DNA of 64,000 nucleotides from assembly GCA_051362555.1 (NCBI GenBank), contig CM120640.1, forward strand, positions 22,926,225 through 22,990,224, written 5' to 3'. Made by a program: the position numbers and the translations under genes. Below are positions 28,201 through 39,713 of the stretch, in pieces. Every line of letters starts with the position of its first letter. Position 1 is the stretch's first letter. The DNA is from Lingula anatina. Lineage: Eukaryota; Animalia; Brachiopoda. The notes under the pieces are model-generated. The model was not told where the DNA came from. It searched no databases and saw nothing but the letters and a program-made list of their open reading frames with translations.

Positions 28201-31200
28201 GGGGGGGGATAATGTTCCTGATCTAGTGTCATTGTCTGAAAGTTTTTGTAAATAGAAAGCATGACTAGGATGAATGTTTCAAAAGGGAATTGATTTTACA
28301 AAATGGGACCAAACAAGATATCATTAATGAAATTGATTGCAGTCTTAGCAATATCATCATTCATGTTAATCATTAGCTAGTAATGTCTTTGGTACATTAA
28401 TTTAGAATATCAAAAGAATTGTCGAGTTACTTCTATCATAGCCATTAGAATAACAAACACACATCACATGCAAGGACAGGAAATGTTTTTTTAGCATTCA
28501 TGTGTTGTTTCATTTTAGTCAAGGGAACGTTCCCCTCATGCTGCAGAACACGCAGACCCAATGGTGAACAGGCTTCTAATTATAATCTCCAGGCCAGCCA
28601 GGCTACTGGAATGCTTGGTAAGGGGTCATATTGATTGGGTCATCATGAAGAAAAATTTAAGTCAAGATGATTCTGGGGGAAGAGAGAGACAATAACATAC
28701 AACAAGCCTTCTTTGATCAATATTTGTAATAGTCTACTTCTGATGTATTAAAATGTTGGCATTCATCATCTAGTTCTATGAATTGTGATTATCAGCTTTT
28801 TTTTTAGTTCCAAGAGTGACAGTGTGATTATTTTGAGATTATTGCTTTTTCTAAACCACCAGTAAAAAAAGTCAAAAGTCTTAAGTGAATAGCTGATAAT
28901 GGCTTTTGTCTTGTAGGAATTTGACCCTGAGGAGTTCTACCATTTGCTGGAGGCAGCAGAAGGACAGGCCAGGCAGGTGATACAGACTGACATACCACAG
29001 TACATAGTCAACAAACTGGGCCTCAACAGAGACCCTCTTGCAGGTCTGTGAATCCATTACCTTATACCCATTTCAAGCAGTGTGAGCTTTAGAAACTCTG
29101 GTTGTTATTTATGTCCAGAAAAAAATAATTAATCGTCTTAATCACTTTTTAGTGTCTTTTTAATTATAATATTAGTATTTATTTTAATATGGCTTTATAG
29201 GAGGATAAGTGGAAATGAAGCTACAAATCATTTAGAAAAACAGTTTATTTATTATTATATTTTTTAAATTCATATTCAGTCATCGTATATGGATTCATCA
29301 TTGGTTTTCTGTATAGATTATATAAGTCCTTGCACACGAGTTTGAAATGTTCATCATTCTTCCATTGTATTTGTCTGGTGTTTATTTGCACTGGTGGGTT
29401 ACAGGACAACTCTTTTGCCCACTTATATGATTATTGATAGCTTTATTTTAAAAAAGTTTTGTCATGCTTTCATTCCCATTCAGATATGAATGACATAGAG
29501 CTAAGTGCCAAAGAATTCACAGCAGAAGATAAGGATGATGAAAGTGAGAGAGAGGGAAAAGATGAAGAGAGAACTGGAGATGATGATCAAGATGGAAGCG
29601 AAGAAGTAAACAAGCCATTTTTTTCTTTGGTTATAAAAAAATTAAGCAAATTATATAAGATTCGACCTAATCAACATTTTCTGCATGTTTTCCTGAAAAA
29701 CAGAAGTTTGATTCCCCTATATTTGCTGAAATGGTTTTCAGCTTTATAAAGTATACGGATATTTTAGAATGGAAAATAATATTTAAATGTTAAAATTGTT
29801 CAATTTAAAACATATGGTCAACTTAATGTGAGGCATCTTTTTGCAGTATGTGGAAGAAACAGAACCCAAAGAGGCCAAACCTCCATGTGAGGATGACTTT
29901 GAGACTATCAAACTCATTAGCAATGGTGCTTATGGGTGAGTTCGATAACTGTATATTGTCTGAGAGAACAGTAACTTGATTTTGATTAGATGTATACTTT
30001 TATGATATATTTTAAAAAAATTTGTTCTTCTCTGATTTTCTTTAGAAATAATTCTCTTTAGAAATAATAGAGATTGTATGTACAAAAAAATGAAAATATA
30101 TCTATTTTTACCTTTGAAAAATGTGCAGTTTTAAATTTGGCCTTATGTGTACATTTTCCTGTGCAGCTTTTTTAAATTTCTCTAATTTGCTTTTCCAGTG
30201 CTGTGTTCTTGGTTCGGCATCGAGAGACAAGGCAACGCTTTGCATTGAAGAAAGTTCTCAAGCACAATCTAGTCCTACGTAATCAAGTAGAACAAGCATT
30301 TGCAGAGAGGGACATCTTGACCTTCACAGATAATCCCTTTGTTGTCAGTCTCTACTGTACATTTGAAACTAAGGTAAAAAAAAATGCATACTAAAATTGC
30401 TTTTGATAAAAATCAATATTTCAGAGTAATGGAAATATCTTCAGGCTCATTGGGTAATTGGTTGAATTATGCAGTAAGAATGTATTACAAATGATGTTTA
30501 CCTGGATATTTTGATTTAATCAACATAATGATCAGTTTTTTTCCCAGAATTATAATATTCGCTGGTTCTTCTTTTAAAGATAAATGACTCATTTCCACTT
30601 CAGAAATACTTGTGTATGGTGCTAGAATATGTTGAAGGTGGAGATTGTGCCACGCTGTTGAAGAACATGGGGCCATTGCCAACTGATATGGCAAGGTAAG
30701 GGTTTCCATTTTCATATTTAATATGTGTTTGTGTTTCCATGCAACTGAAGGTTCATAGAATGGTAACTGGAATAAACAAAAAAAAAACAAAAAAAAAAAC
30801 GAAGTCATGGGATTCCTTTGTAACATATAACATTTCGTCTGTGCTTTCTATTTTTTACGTATACCTTGAAATAAACTTTGGCAACATCAGTGCTGTAGAT
30901 AATTATATAGACTTTTTACTTAGCATTTTGACAATACATTACTTTCCAGCTTTGCTTAAGTTAGATAGTTTTAGATATTCATTACCACTTGTTGTCATGA
31001 AGCAATGATTTTATAATCTGTTTGCAGGTTGTACTTTGCTGAGACAGTGTTAGCATTAGAGTATCTTCATAGCTATGGCATAGTACATCGAGATCTCAAA
31101 CCAGACAAGTAAGTCACTTCATGTTTCTTTGTATTCTTTGATAGTGATATTTTTAGATTTTAAAAAGCAGTATTCACTGATCACTTTTTAAAAAGTTTTA

Positions 31201-34200
31201 TGGGTATGAATAAATATATAGACTCATCAAGAATTGAAAATATTATGTTAAAAAAAGAAGATACACTCTAGCTGCCTGTACAGTTGCGACTGACTTTTGA
31301 TGTCATGATCTATTTTCCAGTTTGCTCATCACATCAACAGGACATATCAAACTTACAGACTTTGGTCTCTCCAAGATTGGATTGATGAATTGTAAGTTGA
31401 AATGCACGTATATATGAAATGCATAGCTGAGTAATGCCTTTATCAGTTAATGAAAAAAGTGAACAACATACTTTGTAATATAAAAATGAACAGGTTTTTG
31501 AATGACTGAAAATAAACCAGTATTGTCCACTTTTAGTCCCATATTATAAAGTAATGAACTTACAGACTTTGATCTCTCTATAATTGAATTAAGGAACCAT
31601 AAAATGAATCAGTCTGGTCCAATCATAGTGACATATAGTGACATCAGCCTCAGTATCCTGCCATTATTTTCCAGTGACCACCAACATGTATGAGGGTTCC
31701 ATAGACAAGGAGTCCAAGCAGTTCAAGGACAAGCAGGTGTTTGGGACCCCGGAGTACATAGCTCCTGAGGTCATCCTGAGGAAGGGCTATGGGAAGCCTG
31801 TGGACTGGTGGTCCATGGGGGTCATACTGTACGAGTTCCTGGTGGGCTGTGTGCCTTTCTTTGGGGACACAACTGAGGAACTATTCTCACAGGTTATCAA
31901 TGGTAAGTTGCTTTTTTTTTCTTTGTAAATTATACTTAATTCATGCTGCCTGTGATATCATTTCAATTTTGAGTACAATTCACAGATGATGCTTTTTATT
32001 GAAATTCAAGAAGTAATTACAGTAAACTGTTTTTTTCAGATTCCGCTACAGACACAATTAAAAAAGAAGCAGTTAACAGATCATTTTACATGCAGTGATC
32101 TCCAGTGGACCATAACTGACCAGTACATTTTACATTTTATTCCTTTCAGTGGACATAGAGTGGCCAGAGGAGGAAGAGTACTCCGTTGACGAAGACTCCA
32201 AGAATCTCATCATTTCTCTTCTACAGCAGAACCCCATAGATCGCCTGGGGACAGGGGGTGCACATGAAGTCCGGGAGCACGTGTTCTTCTTGGGTTTAGA
32301 TTGGGATGGTCTGCTGAGACAGAAAGCAGAGTTTATCCCTCAGTTGGATAGTGAAGAGGACACGAGTTACTTTGACAGTGAGTTATTATCACATTTTTTT
32401 CAAGCTGTCAAAATAGTAAGAAAGTTTGTGCAGTAATTATTCTACTAAAATGTTTTAAAATGCAGTATACCTTACTTTGTGAAATTTTGAATTGTCTTTA
32501 AAAACATACCTTTGTGTTTTCCTTTAGCCCGTGTAGACAGATATAATCATGACTTGGAGGACACTGAAGATGATGCAGATGACATCATGTTTCACAGCTT
32601 TTCCTCCATGTCACCAAGATACAGCAAAGTGTATGGAAAGTTTGCACAGATGAGAGAGGTGAGGTGAAAGAACAATGTAGGAAAAATTGTGTTACAGTTA
32701 CTGATATGTATATAACTATTACATACAGTAATAGTTATATACATATCACTATTACATACAGTAAACATAATACTAGGAAATGACCAGCTTAGAGAAATAG
32801 AGCTGCTGCAATGCATGGCAACTCAAAAACAATGAGTTGTGAAAAAGGAGGGAATGGATTTTTTCTCAATCCTTGCTGAAAGACCTTTTTTTCATAAACC
32901 ATTACAGAAAATGTTAAAACTTTATTTTCAATTACAGAGAAAGAGACAAGAAGAGAAGGCTAGGTCAAACAGCATGAGCGCTGTCCCTGATAACACAGAC
33001 AAAGATGTGCTTGGCAGGAAGAATTCAAACATTTCCGAGTGCTCAACAAGTTCTGTGGAGACTCCATCCAACTCCCAGAGGAACAGTATCTCAGACCTAG
33101 AGAAAGAAGTGCCAACTCTTGCTCTCTCCATCAAGGTGGATGAGGAAGTCTTCAGTTCTCCTGAAGTGTAAGTTGAGGACCCAGTGCCTCAGTTAGATTG
33201 ATTTTTATATAATGTTAGGTTGAAAAGAGAATTGTTTGTGAGCATTTAACTTTGTATTTCTTAATCAGTTGTGAGACCACACATCCATATCCTTTATTTT
33301 CATTATATCTTAGACTATTTAGTTCATGCTGCTGAGATGTACATGTCTGCTGCTAATAACCCCCATGAAGAATACTGCATCTTGCATTCTGATGTCTTAA
33401 TTGTTTATGATTTTATTTTATGTTTGAGGTAGATGATTACCAGTTTATTCTGTATTTCAGTACACCAAGGTCTATTGCCAGTAACAGCACCCCCGAGTCT
33501 TCACAGTGTGAGAGTGATACCCTGTCCCCCATCATGAGCAGAAAGAAGAGTACCCCTAAAGCTGTGAAAACGGACCCCATCCCTCTCTTCTCCATCTCTG
33601 CAGAGGAGGAGGAAGAGGAGCATGGTAAAATACATGATACTGGTGATGAGCCAAAGAAAGAAGGAAAGAAGCCCATTCATATCAAGCCTAAGAGGCCTGA
33701 AGTGAAAAAGAAAGGTAATATGATGCGGTTGCATAATGGGAGGTTATTTTTTTTTAAAGTATATACAAGTCATGAGACAAGTTCAGTTTTGTATCTGTGA
33801 AGGATATTACATTTTGTGTTGCTTGACATGGGTCTGATATAAACTATGCATATAAAAGATAAATTATTTCTAATGAAGGTGCCTTGTGAGACATTAAAAT
33901 TATGGAGTGGTATAACTTTATAACTTTAAGTGCACAACAAAGCTGATAATATTCTTTGCAGCATATCTATGTAAGATATCGACTTTGCACATTATCATTC
34001 CTTAATTTCACTTGTCACAACTTTTTTTGCCCATAACAATAAAGAAAATATACAGATGTTCAGTGAACAACCCTGTGTAGCATGGATATTGCTTTGTATC
34101 ACCATGTTTCAGCTATATTTGCTTTTGTTATGTATTACCGATAACATATTAAAATGCCATTTATGTTGTAATACTACAATCATGTGCATAAGTTATTGTA

Positions 34201-36458
34201 TACTATGTCTTTTCTTTTGATACAATTTCTGAATATAGTCTTTCAGGTATAACCTTGCATTTCAGTCCAGACAATTTTTTAGCTTCTTATTACACATTGT
34301 TTCAAAGGCTTTAGTTATTGTTTAAGGAATGCATTTGTAACTGTATCAAAACCTATCCCTATCTTTTGGTAAATCCTGTTGCTTTGTCCACACATTCTAG
34401 AACCCACCTTCACCCCACCAGAGGTCATGGCAGATGCCCAAGAGGAGCCTAAACCCAAAGGTTATCTTCAAGTGGATTTATCTGAAGGCCCTCCAAGGTC
34501 GACATCACCACGATTGACCTTCAAACCCATGCACAAATCTGCCTCTGCTAATGCTCTTTCTCTTCATATACCTGCTGCAGGTGATTACTTTTATTTTGTC
34601 CGTAAGATAAAGGCATGCTATTCATCTGCACATAAAACTCTTAAGAATTGTGATAATTTTGCTTTTGCTGTTTTAATTTAATTTAATGTTTATTGGGTTT
34701 AATTTTAGAACAATAAGTTTGACATGGTCATATTTATTTAACAGGTTTCTTATCATCCTAAAAATAATTTTATACAATAACTTTATTCTTATTTATTCAT
34801 TATGTTGCATGCTTATTCATATTAATGTCTTGTGTAAACAAATTTGCTGAAATGTTCTGACCTTATATGTTTTGCTTTTATGTACAGTTAATTTTTTCTG
34901 CACTAAGACCTGCACTGATTACATATTTTTTCATGTGCAAATTACATTTGCATGATTTCTTAAGTGATAACAAGACACCTTACCTTTTGCAGTTGCACCA
35001 GCAGGTATTGCACTCCTCTCAGCTTGTCCCAACCATTTTATATCATCATGAATTTTTTTGTATTACAGAGGAGTTGGTTTCTCAGCCAATCAGTTCTCCG
35101 GGCTCAAGCAGCTCAAGAGATGCCTCTCCTTCACGTGATATGTTGCCTGTGATTGGTCCTTTGCGTCCTGCATTTATAATCAGAAGAAGCCCTAGAGGTT
35201 ATGGTTTTACTCCAAAAGCTATTAGGGTTTATCATGGAGATACTGACATCTACACTCTACATCACTTGGTAGTGGTAAGTATTCATGTTCTTTTGCATTT
35301 ATATTTAGCCAGATGGAGTTTCAGGATGTACAAATATATAAGTCTTTGCTTATGTCACATCTCTCTGTTTTGTAAATTGGTGGGAAATCATTATTTCAAT
35401 TGTGGTCCTTCAATTTATAATGGAAATCTTAAATACCATTTTTCCTCTTATTCTTGCAGCATGTGGATGACAATGGCCCAGCCTATGAAGCAGGTCTTAG
35501 ACCAGGAAACTTAATTACCCATGTAAATACAGAGTGTGTAGTTGGCATGTTACATGTACAAGTGATAAAACTCATTTTGAAAGACCCTTCAAGGGTTTCA
35601 CTGAGGGTCACTCCCCTGGACAACACAACCATCAAAACTGGTGGTCGTTATAGGGCACCTCATGAGGGAAAAATGACTCGAAGAAGTTACAAGAAAAAGC
35701 ATCAAAGGGAAAGGAGTGGAGATTCTCACCACAGGAAACGAGGCAGAACTTCCTTATTCCGCCGCCTCAGCACAAAGAGAGCTCAAGAACAGAACATTAA
35801 CTCTCCTATTACACCAAGTAAAACTTTTGGCTGTACATTGAACAGGTCTTTGTCATCAGGAGATAGTATGCCTAATTCTCCAACAAGATCAAAATCTCCC
35901 AGGTCTCCACCTATTGGGAGAGTCTATGTTGGGGCAGGTGGTGACTCTGTTGGGAATACATCTCAGAGCAGCTCATCTGGCTCTAGTGTACCTAACTCAC
36001 CTGCCTCGTCATCACAGTTTAACAGACCAAGCTCTCTTCACGGACTCAAACACAAACTGGCAGCAGCGAAGTCACCACACAGGAGAAAATCTGTACATAA
36101 TATCCCACTCTCGCCATTGGCGCGTACACCTTCCCCATCACCTATGGCATTGTCGCCAACACGAAGTCCAAGCCCTCTGACTGTGGTTCATGGTCACCAC
36201 CAAGCTGGTAGTTCCAACACTACCCAGACGTATCCCACATATCTGAACAGTAGTCCTATTGCTACTTGTTCTCTGTCTAAGAAGACTCTCACAAGACCTA
36301 AGAGTACAGAACCTGGACAGGGGTCGCCAGCACTGCCTCGGCGGGGGGCATCCCCAGACAGGCTGCATCCAAGTGCAGCTAAGCAAACTAAAGAAAAACA
36401 GTCTTTGAACAGAAAGAGCTCTTGGCATGAGAAACGAGAGTATTTTGAATCTCTCTGA
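1774..36458 (+). CDS. MAST: Microtubule-associated serine/threonine kinase (MAST1-4/Drop out family), spliced, about 1467 aa
   Basis: Hand-built exons, all GT-AG and phase-compatible: 1774-1797 (tentative first exon), 4758-4959, 6331-6464, 21314-21357, 21752-21831, 24119-24191, 24914-24998, 26075-26238, 27602-27677, 27949-28158, 28519-28617, 28917-29043, 29484-29605, 29847-29935, 30199-30373, 30604-30695, 31028-31108, 31321-31391, 31675-31902, 32150-32377, 32528-32658, 32938-33167, 33461-33714, 34401-34580, 35069-35274, 35460-36458 (TGA). Total 4404 nt. MAST signatures: [118 protein letters not shown]. The true 5' end may lie upstream of the window. Confidence 0.95.
1954..2376. mobile_element. 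Non-autonomous DNA transposon (MITE), 423 bp
   Basis: TIRs AGGGCCATTCACAC ... GTGTGAATGGCCCT; flanked by the 11-bp direct repeat AATGTAAAAAT (1943-53, 2377-87). Confidence 0.7.
2584..2806. mobile_element. PIF/Harbinger-like MITE
   Basis: Perfect 35-bp inverted repeat (2586-2620 / 2770-2804, CCCCCTTTACACTGGACGGCGTCCTTTCTGCGTCC); TTA on both flanks (2581-83, 2807-09); CpGs retained. Confidence 0.8.
4758..4959 (+). CDS. MAST: MAST N-terminal exon ([10 protein letters not shown]...RRGSMPLSP)
   Basis: tttgttcttcAG acceptor and GTGAGT donor; open Ser/Pro/Arg-rich frame; phase 1 joins exon 6331. Confidence 0.75.
6331..6464 (+). CDS. MAST: MAST N-terminal exon ([18 protein letters not shown])
   Basis: Resembles the MAST2/4 SNLVRMRxQxLGQSAP motif; tttAG acceptor and GTGAGT donor. 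Confidence 0.9.
12127..13950 (+). mobile_element. Helentron-associated non-autonomous element (HINE / DINE-1 / Tsp-pearl-like) with internal tandem repeats
   Basis: 5' hairpin ATGTACAGACACA-ga-TGTGTCTGTACAT (12127-54) after a T run; (GTC/GCC)n and (GATGCC)n microsatellite; about 160-bp tandem units; 3' subTIR TGTCTGTACAT (13919-29) followed by the short stem-loop GACAGC-ttt-GCTGCC and a T run. Confidence 0.75.
17704..17976. mobile_element. PIF/Harbinger-like fold-back MITE
   Basis: TIRs GAGCGCATTCAGAACA / TGTTCTGAATGCCCTC; internal IRs AATATGGCCGAC/GTCGGCCATATT and CCCTGATGGTCTCC/GGAGACCATCAGGG; TTA duplicated on both sides. Confidence 0.8.
19808..20020 (+). CDS. Candidate alternative first exon of MAST (71 aa, [10 protein letters not shown]...LSQLR)
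   Basis: aaaATG with an upstream in-frame TAG (19748-50); 71 open codons; consensus donor AGG|GTAAGT at 20021; phase 0 matches the KELSL exon at 21314. Confidence 0.7.
20118..20165. repeat. (TG)n microsatellite
   Basis: Near-perfect TG run with one interruption. Confidence 0.95.
22800..22959 (+). CDS. Candidate alternative first exon of MAST (MLQGVQ...MLRDETPF...[15 protein letters not shown])
   Basis: ATGs at 22800 and 22848 after an in-frame TGA (22776-78); open to donor AAG|GTAAAT at 22960; phase 1 matches the GSPLDSPR exon at 24119. Confidence 0.55.
22989..23244. mobile_element. Degenerate MITE of the CAGTGGCGGATCCAGG...CCTGGATCCGCCACTG type
   Basis: Ends CAAAGGCAGATCCAGGGGG and AAAATCCTTGACCCGCCAGTG; no TSD visible. 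Confidence 0.55.
25163..25205. repeat. (TTA)n microsatellite
   Basis: Direct read of the TTA tandem. Confidence 0.95.
28189..28208. repeat. Poly-G tract in a MAST intron
   Basis: 20 consecutive G about 30 nt after the donor at 28159. Confidence 0.9.
29847..32658 (+). other. MAST AGC kinase domain and AGC C-terminal tail
   Basis: Intact catalytic motifs: [66 protein letters not shown]. Confidence 0.95.
31557..31596 (+). pseudogene. Degenerate intronic copy of part of the MAST DFG exon
   Basis: 33/40 nt identical to 31350-31389; translates [14 protein letters not shown] versus [14 protein letters not shown]. Confidence 0.65.
35160..35620 (+). other. MAST PDZ domain (split by intron 35275-35459)
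   Basis: [33 protein letters not shown]|[41 protein letters not shown]. Confidence 0.9.
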
Positions 36459-39400
36459 TATTGGTCAGTTATTTTGCATTTCAGTTTTAACAATATACCG
36501 GGTAAGATACAAGTGTACTACGTGGCTTAATAAGTATTGACCTGGTGGTGAACCTATACAGATGTAGAATGTTTCTTCAAAACTATCCAATTGTTTTAGC
36601 CTAGAAACTAGAGATCAGCCAAGAAATGAAAGTGTCCTCACTAAGTGTTTGAAAATGATACTTGTGCAAATTTGTTTCTGATTCAATGTTGCCGTGTACA
36701 TGCTTATAGTAAGTCTGGATACCTACAGAATACATGATGAATTGCATGCCATGGACAGAATCGGACTTTTGTGGTAATGAATTGTGTGAACTCCATATTT
36801 AAAATAATGTGACCAGACTTTCTTGGCATATTTGTATATTTAAATGGCTTTATCTACCAGCCTGTTGCACTTGGCATTCTGTATGAGTAAATATAAGTCG
36901 GCAAGAACTGGGACTTAAAAATTAGATGTTACAATGAAACGTCTGTTTTCCTGTGTGGGTTCTAGGAGATGGAGCCTTTCTTATCTGATGTGACTTGAAA
37001 ACCCTACATAATAAATATCGACGCCAGAATAGTAAATGCAATTCTCTATTAAATGCTTTTGCAAGTTGGTAAATTGTAGCATTTTCTTTGTACACCAAAT
37101 AATACTTGTCGTTTGAAGCCACAGAGCCAGGGTCAATATATATCATAGCATTGTAAATTATGATAAAGTCATTGTGACTTTTTAAACATCAAATACTTTC
37201 GGTTTTGAGAGTTGACACAAGCTTAGGTATGCTATTTGTGTTTACATGCATGTAATATTTTTCAAGAGACAATTTTGCTGGAGTGGACTTGACCAGATGT
37301 AAAGGGGGATTGGTTCTTAGATCTTTGAAGTTAATGTACCTGATAAAGTAACTAATGAAACTGTTACTGGCGGAGTAACTTATTGTATAAGATCTAGTTG
37401 TTTTTGAGCCGTAACCGCTGACTTTTTACAGCAAAAGTTCAAGGGGAGTTTGGTTTCACATTATTTTTGGATGGCACGCGTAGATCCGACAGTTTTAGTC
37501 ATGACAGATCGTTAGGCTAATTATGTATGAATCACGGAATGAAACATTTACTATCATTATCACCCTGATGGGAACTAATTGCAAGAAAATGTGGAAGTTC
37601 TCTCTGCGTAAAGAACGCTAAATCTGCCATGAAACTGTAGTAGGAAAAACATTTGTTCCGTCCAGCATGTGGCAGAAACGTGCTAAATTGATGGCAATGT
37701 AACGAAGTTGCTATTAGATTTACAAGAAAACGGAGCATGGTTATTTATAGTATTGTATTTTAAGGAATTTTTTCTTGAATAATGTGTTACTTCAATTTGT
37801 ACAGCAACTATGTTGAAAATATGTAATTATTTGTACAGCACAGCTTTAGGTATTGGACATTCCACCCATACTATACGTGTATGTTTGAGAGCGCATGTGC
37901 AAACGGATTTCAGGAGTTTAATGTCAATAAAATTACTGAATGTATAACGTCCGGTTTTACGTTTTGTAGCATATAACAAACCTGAAATAACCAAAACACC
38001 CGCCGTTATGAATATCAAATTAAAAAAAGTAAATTATTATTTTTACCTTGTAATGCAGAAAATTAAGAGTACCTGGATATTGAAATATTTACTTCTCATT
38101 CACTGTTCAGCAATGGTAGGATTTTTATATTTTCCGAGGAGTTTGTACACACTGAGGAGTATACTACGATGTTTTGGCCTCACCAAAAAGTAGCCCCTTT
38201 TTAGCGGCAAGTCTCCGTGAAAAGAAATGCTTTCTTTTCCAGCATATTAAATCAGTGTTTTGAAACACCCATTAACAGACAAAAGATTTCGCTCGAACGA
38301 CCCTACAAAGCGCTTTCATGATTACTGTTTTAAAAAGCAAACTGAATTCCTCAGTGTACATTTCAATATGTTCATATGAAATATTAAACCCTGAACGTAA
38401 AATGAACCAAAATTTTTCCAGTAAACAAAGATATTACCCATTCTTCACGTCAAGTATTTATAAAAGTTTTGGGCACATTATACATGTACGTATATTATGA
38501 GAATTGTAGATCAATTTTCAGTATGGCAATTTGAAGCTTTAGAGAATATTTCGTTATAGTTCACCTGGAGAAAGGCTGCAACAGGTGTGGAAGTCGCTTT
38601 TGCGTTATCATATTGCTTCTTCTTTTGGATTCATGCCCACGCTTTAAAAACATACATCAACGGGCAGAATAACACGCTTTGGCAGAATTTTAAAATATGT
38701 TGAATTGCACATTTAGTTTTTTATTAAGATATCAACATACTCGTTAAATACTAGAATAAAGAATACCTGAAAATTAGTATGCAATTCGCAATTGCAGGAG
38801 CTATACAAAATGATAAGGCATACTTTTAATTCGAAACAGGTCCAGTCACTTGAACAAATAAAAAACGAGGAAAAACCGTGCTTATTATTGGTTCCTAACG
38901 GTTTTCGCAGACATCATTCCAACTCAGTTTCACGTTTGACCTAGATGTAAACTTAGATGTACAGAGTTGTTTCCAGATTAGTCCATCCTGCAGTAGCACA
39001 CAACATGAAAGACATTCTGAAATGCTCTGGAATATCGGACTCGGTATAAAACATTCATGTTTCGCTATGTGATAACGCGAAACAGCAACGCAATTTGCAA
39101 TTTTCTCTGCTTCACACATACAGGCCTTGGATACCATGCTTGTGTTCAAAAGATATATTTTGATTACAATTTCTAGGATTTTCACTTTGTTCAATATCGC
39201 ATAGCGTTTACAGCATCGCTTTCAACATACTTCTAGGGAGGGAGTACAGGTGCAAACATAGAAACAAATTCAAACTTGTTTTCATCAAAACGTTATTTGC
39301 ACGAGGGCAACGTTTTTGTATCAAATTGGAATTGCGTGTACCACCAACGTGCGTTGCAGTTGGCATCAAATCATTTCGATATTTGTTATTTCCGATTGAG

Positions 39401-39713
39401 ATAAGATAGCAAGTGCACACCTCCCGTGAACCCCCTTTCCCGACATAGGGAGCCTGCACAGGTAAAACATACCTCAACTGATATCAGGTTGCAGCCTGCA
39501 CCAGTATGCGGAACAGTCCATAGGAGAGTTTGTTGCTGTCTAGCTGTAACGAAAGTAGTTTCTACCAAAGCAGGTGTTGTGGTGCAAATAATTAAGGCTA
39601 GTATTTCGTTTTAACCTTAATTTTCGCAAGAAGAAGCCTTACTCAAAAAGACAGTGATTTTAAGCTGCTGTGACTTAAAACCGCTACTACTGCTACCGTT
39701 ATTTTGAATCAAT

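Larger units (their letters stand above)
24914..29043 (+). other. MAST DUF1908 (pre-kinase) domain, exons 24914-29043
   Basis: [15 protein letters not shown] ... [16 protein letters not shown] ... [14 protein letters not shown] ... [27 protein letters not shown] ... [12 protein letters not shown]. Confidence 0.9.
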
